A stretch of 36,768 nucleotides of DNA from Bacteroidota bacterium (GCA_023229405.1 JALNZH010000003.1:1-36768), one strand, 5' to 3'. Shown: positions 18,507-27,938, counted from the first letter of the stretch. The notes: a model not told the origin generated them from the sequence alone. Numbers and translations: made by a program.

Positions 18507-18620
18507 CATCATGTATTCCGTTAACCGGGCACTGTACGAACATAGCACAGGAATCGGTCAGTTTCAAACCGTCCGGGCACACATGGACCGGATTTAAAAA
18601 TATTACAGAGACAAAGAATA

Positions 18621-20768
18621 ATGAAAGCAACACTGACACGACTTTCGCTTCCCTTCACACTCATCCTCTCCCTTTACAGTATCGGCACCGCCCAATTGTA
18701 TTCATGGAAACCGCTCGGATATCCATTTACCACCAGCGCACCGTATCAAGGATCGACGATCGATTCAGCTGGAGTGGTGTATGTTGCCATGGAATATGGC
18801 GGCGTTTTTCGAAGCACCGACCGCGGCGCTCACTGGGGTCATTCGTATTTTGAAGAAGGAATTACTTCAGAACTTTTTTCGGATGCGGACGGATATACAT
18901 ACGCCGGTGTAAAAAGTAACAGTGTCGTCCGCACATCGGACGGTGGAATGACGTGGGAGGTTAAAAACAGCGGTCTGCCGGGAGGTGCAAGTATTTACGC
19001 CTTTGGCAGTATAAACGGTAACACTCTGCTTATCGGCACCTATCCTGCATATCTTTTTTCATCCTCTAATCACGGCGATACGTGGAATATGCTCCCCGCA
19101 ATCTCGTCATTCACAACAGCACCGGGTTCGCTACTTCAGGTTCCCTCCGGGGATATCTTTATGGGGACGCTGGACAGCGGATTATTCCGTTCCTCCGACG
19201 GTTGCAGCACATGGTCGAGAGTGCCGTTCTTTAGCGCCACATCCAGAATTTCCGATATCGCCTCACTGCCGGACGGCGCCATTATTGTCGCTAATACGTT
19301 TGGCGGCGTCTACAGTTCGGAGGATAACGGAACAACGTGGAAGAAAATTTTTTCCACACGATCGAATTTCTTTTTCAATGTCGGCACGTATTCGGACAGC
19401 ACTATTATTTGCAACGATGCCGTAGGAGGAATTTACCGTTCGCACAACCGGGGAAAGGATTGGGATTCGCTCGGCCTCTATAATGTCACTATCCGCTCCA
19501 TCGTCTGCGCACGTAACGGCGATCTGTTTACCTTCCCTGCCGGTAGTCTGCCGGTAATGATGCGGCACGGTGAATCGTTCTGGCGCATGATGCAGATACC
19601 CAATCTTTCGGTACTTTGCATGGCTGTTCATGATTCTACTCTGATGATTGGTTCAGAGTCAAGTGCATATTCACTTTCGATCGCTAATACCGATTGGAGT
19701 CCGCAATCAATCGGCACACTGTCGATGCATGATATATTGTTTAGCAAAAAAGGTCCACTGTATGCCGCAAATTATGGGAGCAGGGTGTACAAAACTCTCC
19801 ATCAGGGAATGTTTTACACCTGGAAGGCTATCCCCACTCCCATTGCCGGAGGATATTCCAGTTTTGCTCTTGCGGAAAATGACTCCGGAGCTCTTTTTGC
19901 CGGAACGGGCAACGAATATTTTTCAGACGAATCCGGCGGCGTCTTTTGCACCACGGATGCTGGTGCCTCCTGGAACGAGAGCGGTAAAAATTTGCCTGCG
20001 GGAAGTGTTCACGAGCTTCTCTCTACAGCAGACAATACAATACTGGCTTCAGTGGCCTACAGCGGCATTTATCGGTTGCCGTACGGCGATTCGGTGTGGA
20101 CACCCGTGACAGGATTTCCGCTGTTCAATATCGGAGTCAAGGAAGCGCTGGCAAGGGACAGCACCGGAAGAATTTATTGCGGAACGGAATCGGATGGTAT
20201 TTTTATTTCCATCGATGACGGGAAAACGTGGAACCTTTCTGCGGGCAGCGCTGCCATGAACCGGGTAACCGATCTTCTTGTATTACCGAATGGAACTGTG
20301 CTGGCAACGACCAAGAAAGGGCTGTATTCATCAATTGATACCGGCAAATCTTGGGTAAGCAAACAAATCGGATTAACATCACGCTATACTTGGGCAGCGG
20401 CAGTCGATGCTCAAGGATATGTGTATATCGGCACGTACGGTGCGGGTATTTTCAAATCATCGGCACCGGTCACCGCCGTTTCACCAGGATCACAACTGTC
20501 GTTCCAGTCGTTTCAGCTGTCACAGAATTACCCGAATCCCTTCAACCCATCAACAACAATTTCCTTCTCTCTCCCCTCGGCTTCCATGGTAACGCTGACA
20601 ATATTTGACGGCATCGGGCGGGAGGTGGATCATCTGATTTCCGAAGCGCTACCGTCGGGAACCTATGAACGCCGCTGGAATGCGGAAGAATTTCCTACGG
20701 GCACTTATTTCTACCGGCTGCGGACCAATACGCATACTGAGACAAAAAAACTGCTGTTAGTTAAATGA
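18621..20768 (+). CDS. Secreted BNR/Asp-box beta-propeller protein with T9SS type-A sorting domain
   Basis: Repeated S/T-x-D-x-G-x-x-W motifs (STDRGAHW, TSDGGMTW, SEDNGTTW, TTDAGASW, SIDDGKTW, SIDTGKSW). C-terminal LSQNYPNPFNPSTTISFSLP...GTYFYRL...TKKLLLVK. Confidence 0.92.
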   Translation: MKATLTRLSLPFTLILSLYSIGTAQLYSWKPLGYPFTTSAPYQGSTIDSAGVVYVAMEYGGVFRSTDRGAHWGHSYFEEGITSELFSDADGYTYAGVKSNSVVRTSDGGMTWEVKNSGLPGGASIYAFGSINGNTLLIGTYPAYLFSSSNHGDTWNMLPAISSFTTAPGSLLQVPSGDIFMGTLDSGLFRSSDGCSTWSRVPFFSATSRISDIASLPDGAIIVANTFGGVYSSEDNGTTWKKIFSTRSNFFFNVGTYSDSTIICNDAVGGIYRSHNRGKDWDSLGLYNVTIRSIVCARNGDLFTFPAGSLPVMMRHGESFWRMMQIPNLSVLCMAVHDSTLMIGSESSAYSLSIANTDWSPQSIGTLSMHDILFSKKGPLYAANYGSRVYKTLHQGMFYTWKAIPTPIAGGYSSFALAENDSGALFAGTGNEYFSDESGGVFCTTDAGASWNESGKNLPAGSVHELLSTADNTILASVAYSGIYRLPYGDSVWTPVTGFPLFNIGVKEALARDSTGRIYCGTESDGIFISIDDGKTWNLSAGSAAMNRVTDLLVLPNGTVLATTKKGLYSSIDTGKSWVSKQIGLTSRYTWAAAVDAQGYVYIGTYGAGIFKSSAPVTAVSPGSQLSFQSFQLSQNYPNPFNPSTTISFSLPSASMVTLTIFDGIGREVDHLISEALPSGTYERRWNAEEFPTGTYFYRLRTNTHTETKKLLLVK

Positions 20769-20892
20769 ATTACCGTTTTTAAAATTCACGGTCAATAGGC
20801 ACTGTGCTGTCCATCAAGAATGCATGAACTCTCCTTGCACCCTGTCCGGAATTAAAATACATTGACTCGGGGGGGAGAAACCATAGGAGCGT

Positions 20893-22119
20893 ATGAAAAA
20901 CAGTTTAACAATTCTCACCGTCATTATTATTCTTGCCGGCTGTACACAGGATGAAAATGTGCCGACGCAGCAGCAGCCGGTTGTTCCACCATGGACCTCC
21001 GGCCAAAGCGCTGAAGCGGTGTTCGGACAAACAACTTTTACCGCCGGCAGCACCGATTCGGTCGGACAGAATACCATTCCCGGTCCGTGGGGACTTGCTG
21101 TGAGCGGTAGCGGCGCGCTGTTTGTCGTGGATCAGAGAGGACACCGGGTGCTCCGCTATAACAATGCAGCAACGAAAGCAAGCGGAGCAAATGCTGATGC
21201 CGTCTTCGGCCAGCAAGATTTTGCCGGCCGCGTGTGGAATTACGGCGCGGGCGGAAGCACTCCCTCCGCGAATGGTTTTGAAACTCCCACATCCGTCGCC
21301 GTCGACCCTTCCGGCAATCTGTTCGTGCTCGATCAGGCAAACCAGCGGGTTCTCCGCTTTAATAACGCCGCTTCCAAAACCAACGGTGCTGTTGCAGACG
21401 GCGTGCTCGGCCAACCCGATTTTGTTACCAAGAAATTCAATACCACTCAGAGCGGATTTTTCTCGCCGCAGGGAGTCGCCATCGATGCCTCAGGTAATCT
21501 GTATGTAGCGGACGGGTCGAATCACCGCGTGCTCCGTTTTAACAATGCCGCAAGCAAAGCAAACGGCGCACCGGCAGACGCAGTATTCGGTCAACCTGAT
21601 TTCACCACCAGTTCGAACGGCACCAGTGCAAACAAAATATCTAATCCCACCTCGCTGGCGGTGGATGATGCGGGAAATTTATATGTGGGTGAACGGGGCA
21701 ACAGCCGCATACTTGTCTTTTTTAATGTCGCAACGAAAATAAACGGTGCCGCAGCGGACATCGTTCTCGGTAAATCGGATTTCGGCAGTGGTGCAACGCC
21801 GGGAGCGGCTACTGCCGCCAATGTATATTTTCCTTACGGACTTGCTGTGGACGGAAAAAAAAATCTCTACGTGGCGGACGGCGGATTTAACCGAGTGCTG
21901 ATCTTTTATAATGCCCCTTCAAAAAAGAACGGCGACTCCGCCGATGTGGTAATCGGGAAAAAAGATTTTGCCAGTTCCAGTGTGACCGGAGCGTCGGTGG
22001 AAAATATCGGTCAGCCGTATGGCATTGCCGTGCAGAGTTCAACCGGGAAATTGTATGTTTCGTGTTATTCCAATTCGCGGGTGCTGCGGTTTCAGGCCAA
22101 ATCTCCTCTGGGGCAATAG
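20893..22119 (+). CDS. NHL-repeat six-bladed propeller lipoprotein
   Basis: Lipobox LAGC; six P-x-G/S-x-A-V/I...L-Y/F-V-x-D...RVL repeats separated by ADAVFGQPDF-type inserts. AGGAG RBS. Confidence 0.9.
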   Translation: MKNSLTILTVIIILAGCTQDENVPTQQQPVVPPWTSGQSAEAVFGQTTFTAGSTDSVGQNTIPGPWGLAVSGSGALFVVDQRGHRVLRYNNAATKASGANADAVFGQQDFAGRVWNYGAGGSTPSANGFETPTSVAVDPSGNLFVLDQANQRVLRFNNAASKTNGAVADGVLGQPDFVTKKFNTTQSGFFSPQGVAIDASGNLYVADGSNHRVLRFNNAASKANGAPADAVFGQPDFTTSSNGTSANKISNPTSLAVDDAGNLYVGERGNSRILVFFNVATKINGAAADIVLGKSDFGSGATPGAATAANVYFPYGLAVDGKKNLYVADGGFNRVLIFYNAPSKKNGDSADVVIGKKDFASSSVTGASVENIGQPYGIAVQSSTGKLYVSCYSNSRVLRFQAKSPLGQ

Positions 22120-22402
22120 AACAGAACAATGTCTGACGGCGCTACTTGTCGTCTGATGTTTAACGCGGATGTGAAAATACTTGGCGCCCCTAATCCTGAA
22201 CTATACATCTCCGAATGCCGGGACGACAGTACGGAGCATATTACCGCAGATGAATCTCTGTGTGACGCAGTGAAAGAATCGAAAGCAAAAGCCCCCTTCG
22301 AAGAATTCGCGCTGCAGTATTTTAACGCCCTGCTGAAATTTGTGTCAACTGCACGAATAAAGATATGGATTTTGCAAATCTCGATGATTTGCTATGTCTT
22401 TT

Positions 22403-22810
22403 CATAGCTGTTCAAAATAAAACCCTTATTGACAAAAATTTATCGAAATAAGTGGATTTATGGAAAATATGTTATGTTGAGAAAAGCCCTCCCCTACATT
22501 TCTTACAGTGTTGAATGAGATGTGGGAGGGAGCGAAATGTAGGAGGATTGAGCGAGCTTTTTCTCCCCCTACCAAGGGGGAGATACAGAAGGGGGGCTGA
22601 AATCATGAAGAGATTTTTTGATGGCGTTTTTTGCCATCTACGCGCAAGTGCGAACGGGATTCATCGCACACGTTAAATTTCGCGAGGGGTTCTTTTGCTT
22701 CTTTTCTTGTGCCGACCAAATCTTTATATATTGTCGGCATTCCTTCGGAACCCCGTCAAGAAAAGAAGAAATAAGTTTTTCTCTTGTATGATATATTTTG
22801 GACAAGTATG
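22403..22810 (+). mobile_element. 408-bp MITE-like element, copy 2, with a 9-bp TSD
   Basis: Ends CATAGCTGTTCAAAATA / TATTTTGGACAAGTATG. ATGTCTTTT duplicated at 22394-22402 and 22811-22819. Confidence 0.9.
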
Positions 22811-22829
22811 ATGTCTTTTCATTACAACA

Positions 22830-23228
22830 ATGATCGTAGCAAACCATAGACGAACAATTTTTTTGTTGGCATTCCTCTCCCTGCCAATTGCTGCTCAGCA
22901 ACAGGAACTGATCGATACAAATCTGACTATTCTCCGACTACCCGATCCAGGCATATTGCTTGATAAACCGGCGTTCACTCTACCATTATCGTTCGCCGTC
23001 GCTCCTGTTTCCGAAAACCATCAACTTCCTTTATATCTATCCTTTACCGGTACACCGCAATCATTTGCGTGGGAGCAAACGCAGAAAACAGATCTCACCG
23101 CGCCGTTAAAACTGCAGCTGTACATGAGCAACCCAGAAAAATTCTTTCAGATAAGCATTTCCGCAGCCAGTACAGCCGGCGCAATGTACATAGCGTACAA
23201 ACGTTTAAAGAAATACGGGTTAAAATAA
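22830..23228 (+). CDS. Hypothetical exported protein
   Basis: Signal peptide ending IAA-Q; C-terminal hydrophobic then basic tail (AGAMYIAYKRLKKYGLK). Confidence 0.65.
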   Translation: MIVANHRRTIFLLAFLSLPIAAQQQELIDTNLTILRLPDPGILLDKPAFTLPLSFAVAPVSENHQLPLYLSFTGTPQSFAWEQTQKTDLTAPLKLQLYMSNPEKFFQISISAASTAGAMYIAYKRLKKYGLK

Positions 23229-23316
23229 TCCCTTTCGCGAACATTTTTTGGAACGATAAGACCCCTCGTGCTGTTTTCATCTGTAACCATTTTCCCGTAA
23301 GGTTCCAATTTCGCTC

Positions 23317-24180
23317 ATGATTCTTTCTCATTCCCATTTCGATTTGTACGGAAAATCAATTTTCGAACAGATCACCCTTACTCCTCCGTTCACCGTGGCC
23401 AATCACATGCCGAACGAGGCATGCTTTCTATACCTTGAAGAAGGAGCGTACACCATCAACGCACCGGAAGAGCATGTTTCCATGCATGCAAAAGATGCGG
23501 TACTGATGCGGTGCGGAAGTTATTTTACGGAGTTTGTCAAAACCGCCGCATCCGAAACATGCCAGGTGATGATTGTTCACCTTTATCCCGAAGTGCTGAA
23601 GAAAATATTTGAAAATGAATTGTCGAATGTCGTCTCCTCGCTTCAGGAAAGCAGCAAACGAAGCACGGTGAACAAATATGTGAATGACGAACTCTTTAAG
23701 ATTTATATCGACAGTCTAAAAATCTATTTCGACAATCCTTCCCTGGTCAACGATAATCTGATTACTTTGAAAATTAAGGAATTGATTATTTTGCTGACAA
23801 AGACGGAAAATGCTCGCTCCATCGCACAGCTGATTGCCGGTTTGTTCTCTCAGAAGGAACATTCCTTTCGCGACATTATCGAAGCACATCTCTATACCGG
23901 TCATTCCATCGAAAAACTTGCCCTGTTAACACACCAAAGTATTTCATCATTTAAACGGGAATTTTTCAGAGTCTTTCACGACAGTCCCGCCCGATATTTT
24001 AGACACAAAAGGCTTGAGCGGGCTGCCGCGCTGCTTTCCGCAACAGATGAACGGATTGGTGATATCGCCTTTCAATGCGGTTTCGGAGATGTTTCCCATT
24101 TCTCCCGGTGTTTTCATAATCAGTACGGCGTTCCCCCTTTCCGGTTCAAATTGAACCAAAAGATCAAAACAATGAGCTAA
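23317..24180 (+). CDS. AraC family transcriptional regulator (ExsA-like N-domain)
   Basis: C-terminal double HTH: SIEKLALLTHQSISSFKREF...RLERAAALL...IGDIAFQCGFGDVSHFSRCFHNQYGVPP. Confidence 0.95.
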   Translation: MILSHSHFDLYGKSIFEQITLTPPFTVANHMPNEACFLYLEEGAYTINAPEEHVSMHAKDAVLMRCGSYFTEFVKTAASETCQVMIVHLYPEVLKKIFENELSNVVSSLQESSKRSTVNKYVNDELFKIYIDSLKIYFDNPSLVNDNLITLKIKELIILLTKTENARSIAQLIAGLFSQKEHSFRDIIEAHLYTGHSIEKLALLTHQSISSFKREFFRVFHDSPARYFRHKRLERAAALLSATDERIGDIAFQCGFGDVSHFSRCFHNQYGVPPFRFKLNQKIKTMS

Positions 24181-24258
24181 TCAGAAAAAGAATATTTCCC
24201 TCTCAGCAGTATTTTTGTATCGTCACTTTTTTCAATCACCGAATAAAGGAATACAAAA

Positions 24259-24792
24259 ATGAAACCGCTGAGAACACTATACACCGATGTCACCATTCAT
24301 GCCTCGACTGAACAGGTTTGGGAGACCCTCTATACACGCTTCGGAGATGTGCATCTCTACAATCCCAGCCTGGATGGATCGCACTTCATTAAAGGGGGAA
24401 ACGGTGCGGTAGGCTGCGAACGGCAATGCGACCTCGATGCCAACACCAGGCTTGTGGAACGAATCACTCGCGCCGAGGAACTAAAATCCTTTACCGTGGA
24501 AATTATCGGCGGAAACATGCCAATGGTCAAAACCATGATTATCGACATCGAACTGCAGAAACTCTCTGCTTCCCGGACATCCGTTGCGATAACAGGAAAG
24601 TACAACACCTCTCCGGGATTTATAGGAGGACTCGTCAAAGGGATGATGCGGGGAAAACTGACCGATATGCTTATCGGACTAAAATACTACATGGAAACCG
24701 GTACCGTCGTAACAAAACAGACGTACAAACCCATTGCCAGAACGTATAGGTCGTTGGAGCCATTTCAAGCGTTTGCGAATGGTACCCGTTAA
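24259..24792 (+). CDS. SRPBCC (polyketide cyclase/START-like) family protein
   Basis: VTIHASTEQVWETL, GAVGCERQC, C-terminal helix ending GLKYYMETG. Confidence 0.85.
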   Translation: MKPLRTLYTDVTIHASTEQVWETLYTRFGDVHLYNPSLDGSHFIKGGNGAVGCERQCDLDANTRLVERITRAEELKSFTVEIIGGNMPMVKTMIIDIELQKLSASRTSVAITGKYNTSPGFIGGLVKGMMRGKLTDMLIGLKYYMETGTVVTKQTYKPIARTYRSLEPFQAFANGTR

Positions 24793-24844
24793 TTATCTGA
24801 TAAATACTGAGCTCGTAGAACGTCCGATTCCGAGAAATGACAAT

Positions 24845-24872
24845 GAGGGGATCGTTGAAATGATCCCCTCTT
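24845..24872 (+). terminator. Hairpin after the SRPBCC gene
   Basis: Perfect 9-bp stem GAGGGGATC-N8-GATCCCCTC with a short T tail. Confidence 0.55.
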
Positions 24873-24901
24873 GCTTATTCCAAAAAACCTCCCTACGTTT
24901 G
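24871..24901 (+). promoter_or_regulatory. Housekeeping-type promoter TTGCTT-N17-TACGTTTG
   Basis: TACGTTTG (24894-24901) fits the Bacteroidota TAnnTTTG box, with TTG 17 nt upstream. It precedes the structured leader of the YbaK-family gene. Confidence 0.5.
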
Positions 24902-25068
24902 TACTGTAATCGAAACACACAATGATCGGAGAAAGCTCATGAAGGCGCTTTCACGGTTCCTCTCCTGACCTCGGAAGTTCCACTCGGTGGAACGAACGAG
25001 GTTTCTGCGTTTTAAACGGCTTCCCCGGTCTTGATTAATCCATTCATTTGTTGTGAAAGGAGACCGAT

Positions 25069-25569
25069 ATGATATTGCAGCGATTGAAAGTATTTCTGGA
25101 CAGCCATAACGTGAAGTATGTCGTTATCTCTCATTCCCCCGCATATACCGCCCTGGAGATTGCCGCCCTGGCGCGCATTCCCGGCAAAGAAATCGCCAAG
25201 ACAGTGATAATCAATGCGGATGATAAAAAAATCATGGTAGTTCTCCCCGCTTCGCACATGGTAGACTTCACATCGCTTCGTTCCATAACCAACGCGCAAC
25301 ATATGGAATTGACAAGTGAACAACAGTTTAAAAATCTTTTCCCCGAATGCGAAGTCGGCGCCATGCCGCCGTTCGGCAATCTTTTCAACTTGGAAGTAAT
25401 CGTCGCCGAAAGTCTGGCAGAAGATGAAATGATTGCTTTCAACGCCGGCACACATAAAGAACTCGTCCGTATGACCTACCGGGACTTCGTACAGCTGGTA
25501 GAGCCAAAGGTGGGAAAACTCTCATTCCCGAAACGATACTCCATCGCCCGCGAATCGTGGGATATGTAA
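25069..25569 (+). CDS. YbaK/EbsC (ProX-like) aminoacyl-tRNA deacylase family protein
   Basis: HSPAYTA, IAKTVI, FPECEVGAMPPFGNL, FNAGTH. AAGGAG RBS. Confidence 0.92.
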   Translation: MILQRLKVFLDSHNVKYVVISHSPAYTALEIAALARIPGKEIAKTVIINADDKKIMVVLPASHMVDFTSLRSITNAQHMELTSEQQFKNLFPECEVGAMPPFGNLFNLEVIVAESLAEDEMIAFNAGTHKELVRMTYRDFVQLVEPKVGKLSFPKRYSIARESWDM

Positions 25570-25665
25570 TATCGCGTTCAAGAACATTGTAGGACACCTT
25601 TGAGGTGTCCTACCACTTCTTCTTCTCACCCTTTGTTCCAAAAAGAATATCACGTACTTTCCCCC

Positions 25666-26106
25666 ATGAAGAAGCTATTGGTAAAAGATATTATCGTTGG
25701 CATCATTGCTCTCGCAGTAATTAGTGCCATACTCTTTTTCACTGTCCAACGGGACAATCGAGTGACAAGAACGATGCGGCCTTTCGACATAACGTACGAC
25801 TCCGCCGTCATTCGTTTTACTGCGGACGAGCAGAGGATGGCAAAACAGTTTTCGGATACGACTCTTCCGCAATTAAAGATTCTCGGTCTGATCAAACAGT
25901 ATACACGAACCGAAATTGAAACCATCATCGCCGTCTCCGGTGCGATGTGGAATAAACGCTCCCCCTTTTTTAAGGAGAGTCTGCTTGAACAGATTCACAT
26001 CTATAATAGAGTCAACGGTTATACCCTTTGGACGAAAATTGTGGACGAGAAAACGAATCAAGTATATGCGGAGATCTCACCTCCCGGCACGAGAAAAATT
26101 TATTGA
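25666..26106 (+). CDS. Hypothetical protein with N-terminal membrane anchor
   Basis: MKKLLVKDIIVGIIALAVISAILFF; start reassigned to ATG 25666. Confidence 0.65.
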   Translation: MKKLLVKDIIVGIIALAVISAILFFTVQRDNRVTRTMRPFDITYDSAVIRFTADEQRMAKQFSDTTLPQLKILGLIKQYTRTEIETIIAVSGAMWNKRSPFFKESLLEQIHIYNRVNGYTLWTKIVDEKTNQVYAEISPPGTRKIY

Positions 26107-26115
26107 GTATCGCTC

Positions 26116-26562
26116 ATGCATCCGGTTAAACGAGAACATCTATTTCAGCAAAAGATGATTGCTTCATGCGGTATGAATTGCGGAGTCTGTATCGCCCATC
26201 TTCGCACGAAAAATCAATGCCCCGGTTGCAGAACAGCAGGCGATGACGCGCACCATTATTGTTTGGTCTGCACCATCCGGAATTGCCGCGTGATGAGTGC
26301 CTCGGGAGATCGGTATTGTCACACATGCGACATATTCCCCTGCCAACGCCTTCGCAAGCTGGATAAACGGTACCGCACTTCGTATTCCATCAGTCTGATT
26401 GGAAATTTATTAGAGATTGAACGGAACGGCATCCGGGCGTTTCTGAGTAAAGAAACAGAACGTTGGCGCTGTCCCCAATGCGGTAATACTCTTTCTGTTC
26501 ATCGCCCCAATTGTCCGGTGTGCGGCGCTCACAAACAACAAAAATTAACAACAGGATTTTGA
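26116..26562 (+). CDS. DUF3795 Cys-rich protein
   Basis: CGMNCGVC, CPGC, CTIRNC, CHTCDIFPC, C-terminal CPQCG...CPVCG. Confidence 0.88.
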   Translation: MHPVKREHLFQQKMIASCGMNCGVCIAHLRTKNQCPGCRTAGDDAHHYCLVCTIRNCRVMSASGDRYCHTCDIFPCQRLRKLDKRYRTSYSISLIGNLLEIERNGIRAFLSKETERWRCPQCGNTLSVHRPNCPVCGAHKQQKLTTGF

Positions 26563-27339
26563 ATGACCTCCCCAACACTGCTGCTTCAACGATTAAATGC
26601 TATTGCATCTTCTCTCCGCTCATCCGGTAAAGCACAGGCGCTGCTCGGTCTCGGTTCCGTTGGAACAGAGTTGGGAAGGCTGGATGAATATTCCGATCTC
26701 GATTTTTTTGTTATTGCTAAACTGGGAGAAAAACAGCTGCTCATTGACGATCTTTTTTGGCTTCGCAACGTGGCACCAATCGCGTTTCATTTTAAGAATA
26801 CCAACGATGGGCACAAAGTGCTGTTTCAGGACGGCATCTATTGTGAGTTTGCCGTTTTTGAAGAAGCAGAGATGAAAAACGCCGCATTCTCCGCCGGCAG
26901 AATTATTTGGAAAGAAGAGACGTTCAACGAATCGCTCTGTGTACCGCAAATTCCCTCATCACCGTTTGTACCTGACAATCTGGACTGGGCCGTCGGTGAA
27001 GCAATCACCTGCATTTACGTCGGTCTCTGCCGGTACGCACGGGGCGAAAAACTTTCCGGCACCCGCTTCATTCAAAGTTACGCAGTGGATATGATCGTTG
27101 CCTGCTCTTTGCGTTTCGAACAGGAGCGTCCGGATTTTAAAGACCAATATCAGAACGAGCGCCGATATGAACAACGTTTTCCCGGAATGGCACAATGGCT
27201 CCCACGAATTGTTTTAGGATATGACCGTGTGCCCGAATCAGCCCTCTCACTGGTGGAAATGATCGAACACTATGTGTCGGTGAATGCCTCCATGAAAAAG
27301 GAGATTGTCAATCTCGCGCAGCATCTCATTCAACATTAA
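26563..27339 (+). CDS. Pol-beta-superfamily nucleotidyltransferase (distantly antibiotic-NTase-like)
   Basis: LGLGSVG...RLDEYSDLDFFVI (GS...DxD), a later CEFAVF acidic residue, and a C-terminal helical domain containing ARGE. Confidence 0.75.
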   Translation: MTSPTLLLQRLNAIASSLRSSGKAQALLGLGSVGTELGRLDEYSDLDFFVIAKLGEKQLLIDDLFWLRNVAPIAFHFKNTNDGHKVLFQDGIYCEFAVFEEAEMKNAAFSAGRIIWKEETFNESLCVPQIPSSPFVPDNLDWAVGEAITCIYVGLCRYARGEKLSGTRFIQSYAVDMIVACSLRFEQERPDFKDQYQNERRYEQRFPGMAQWLPRIVLGYDRVPESALSLVEMIEHYVSVNASMKKEIVNLAQHLIQH

Positions 27340-27698
27340 TATCACATGATCCATTCGATTTCTTAAAGTGATCAGATGGATTATAAATTTTTCATCACTT
27401 TTTCCTGAGTATTATCGATAAGACTTCGCTGTCCCGAAAGAAAAAACAGATGGTAACAATGCTTCTTGCTATTGCCGAATGGAAGGGTGACATTGAAGGT
27501 GTACACAAAGCTTTTCCTGCAGCTGTCATTCGATAGACGAAGAAAACGGTTGCATGTATACTGTGGGATGTTCCCGATCACCGCCATCAGCGTTCTTTTC
27601 CACAGATCCATTTCTTTCTCAGTTGCTGCTGACTTGTCTTCCGGAATTTCCTGAATTGACTATGCTGCTATACCGGTATTATTAAGGAGCAACAGATT

Positions 27699-27938
27699 GT
27701 GAGCATCGTACAAAATACCAACATCAACACCATTCTCTCAAACAAAGACGGATGCTGCATTGAACTGCAGCATAATGCATGCGATCCCTCGCTTTGGATT
27801 ATCCAGCGCTCAAAGAAGATTCTCTGGTTCCGCCTGAATCGTTCCACATTCTTTTTTTATGACAAAAACAATGCACTCATCTTTGCACGAAAACAGGCGG
27901 ACAATCATCGCGTGCTGCTGGGAAGAATGAAAACATGA
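27699..27938 (+). CDS. Small hypothetical protein
   Basis: 79 aa, GTG start behind AAGGAG, ATGA overlap with the next ORF. Confidence 0.5.
   Translation: MSIVQNTNINTILSNKDGCCIELQHNACDPSLWIIQRSKKILWFRLNRSTFFFYDKNNALIFARKQADNHRVLLGRMKT

Noticed and set aside
22129-22407. 92-aa ORF after the NHL gene
   Set aside because: No recognisable features or RBS, and its stop lies inside the MITE; likely spurious.
17750-22810. Composite transposon formed by the two 410-bp direct repeats
   Set aside because: Copy 2 has its own 9-bp TSD on both sides and the outer flanks do not match, indicating independent insertions.
24925-24965. Glycine riboswitch-like words GGAGA..GAAG..CTTTCA
   Set aside because: P2 and P3 are too short, the CAGG element is absent, and the downstream gene is unrelated to glycine metabolism.
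24939-25034. Selenoprotein: TGA followed immediately by a hairpin (SECIS-like)
   Set aside because: Read-through gives only a short Arg-rich peptide with no redox motif or family resemblance; an attenuator or terminator is the simpler reading.
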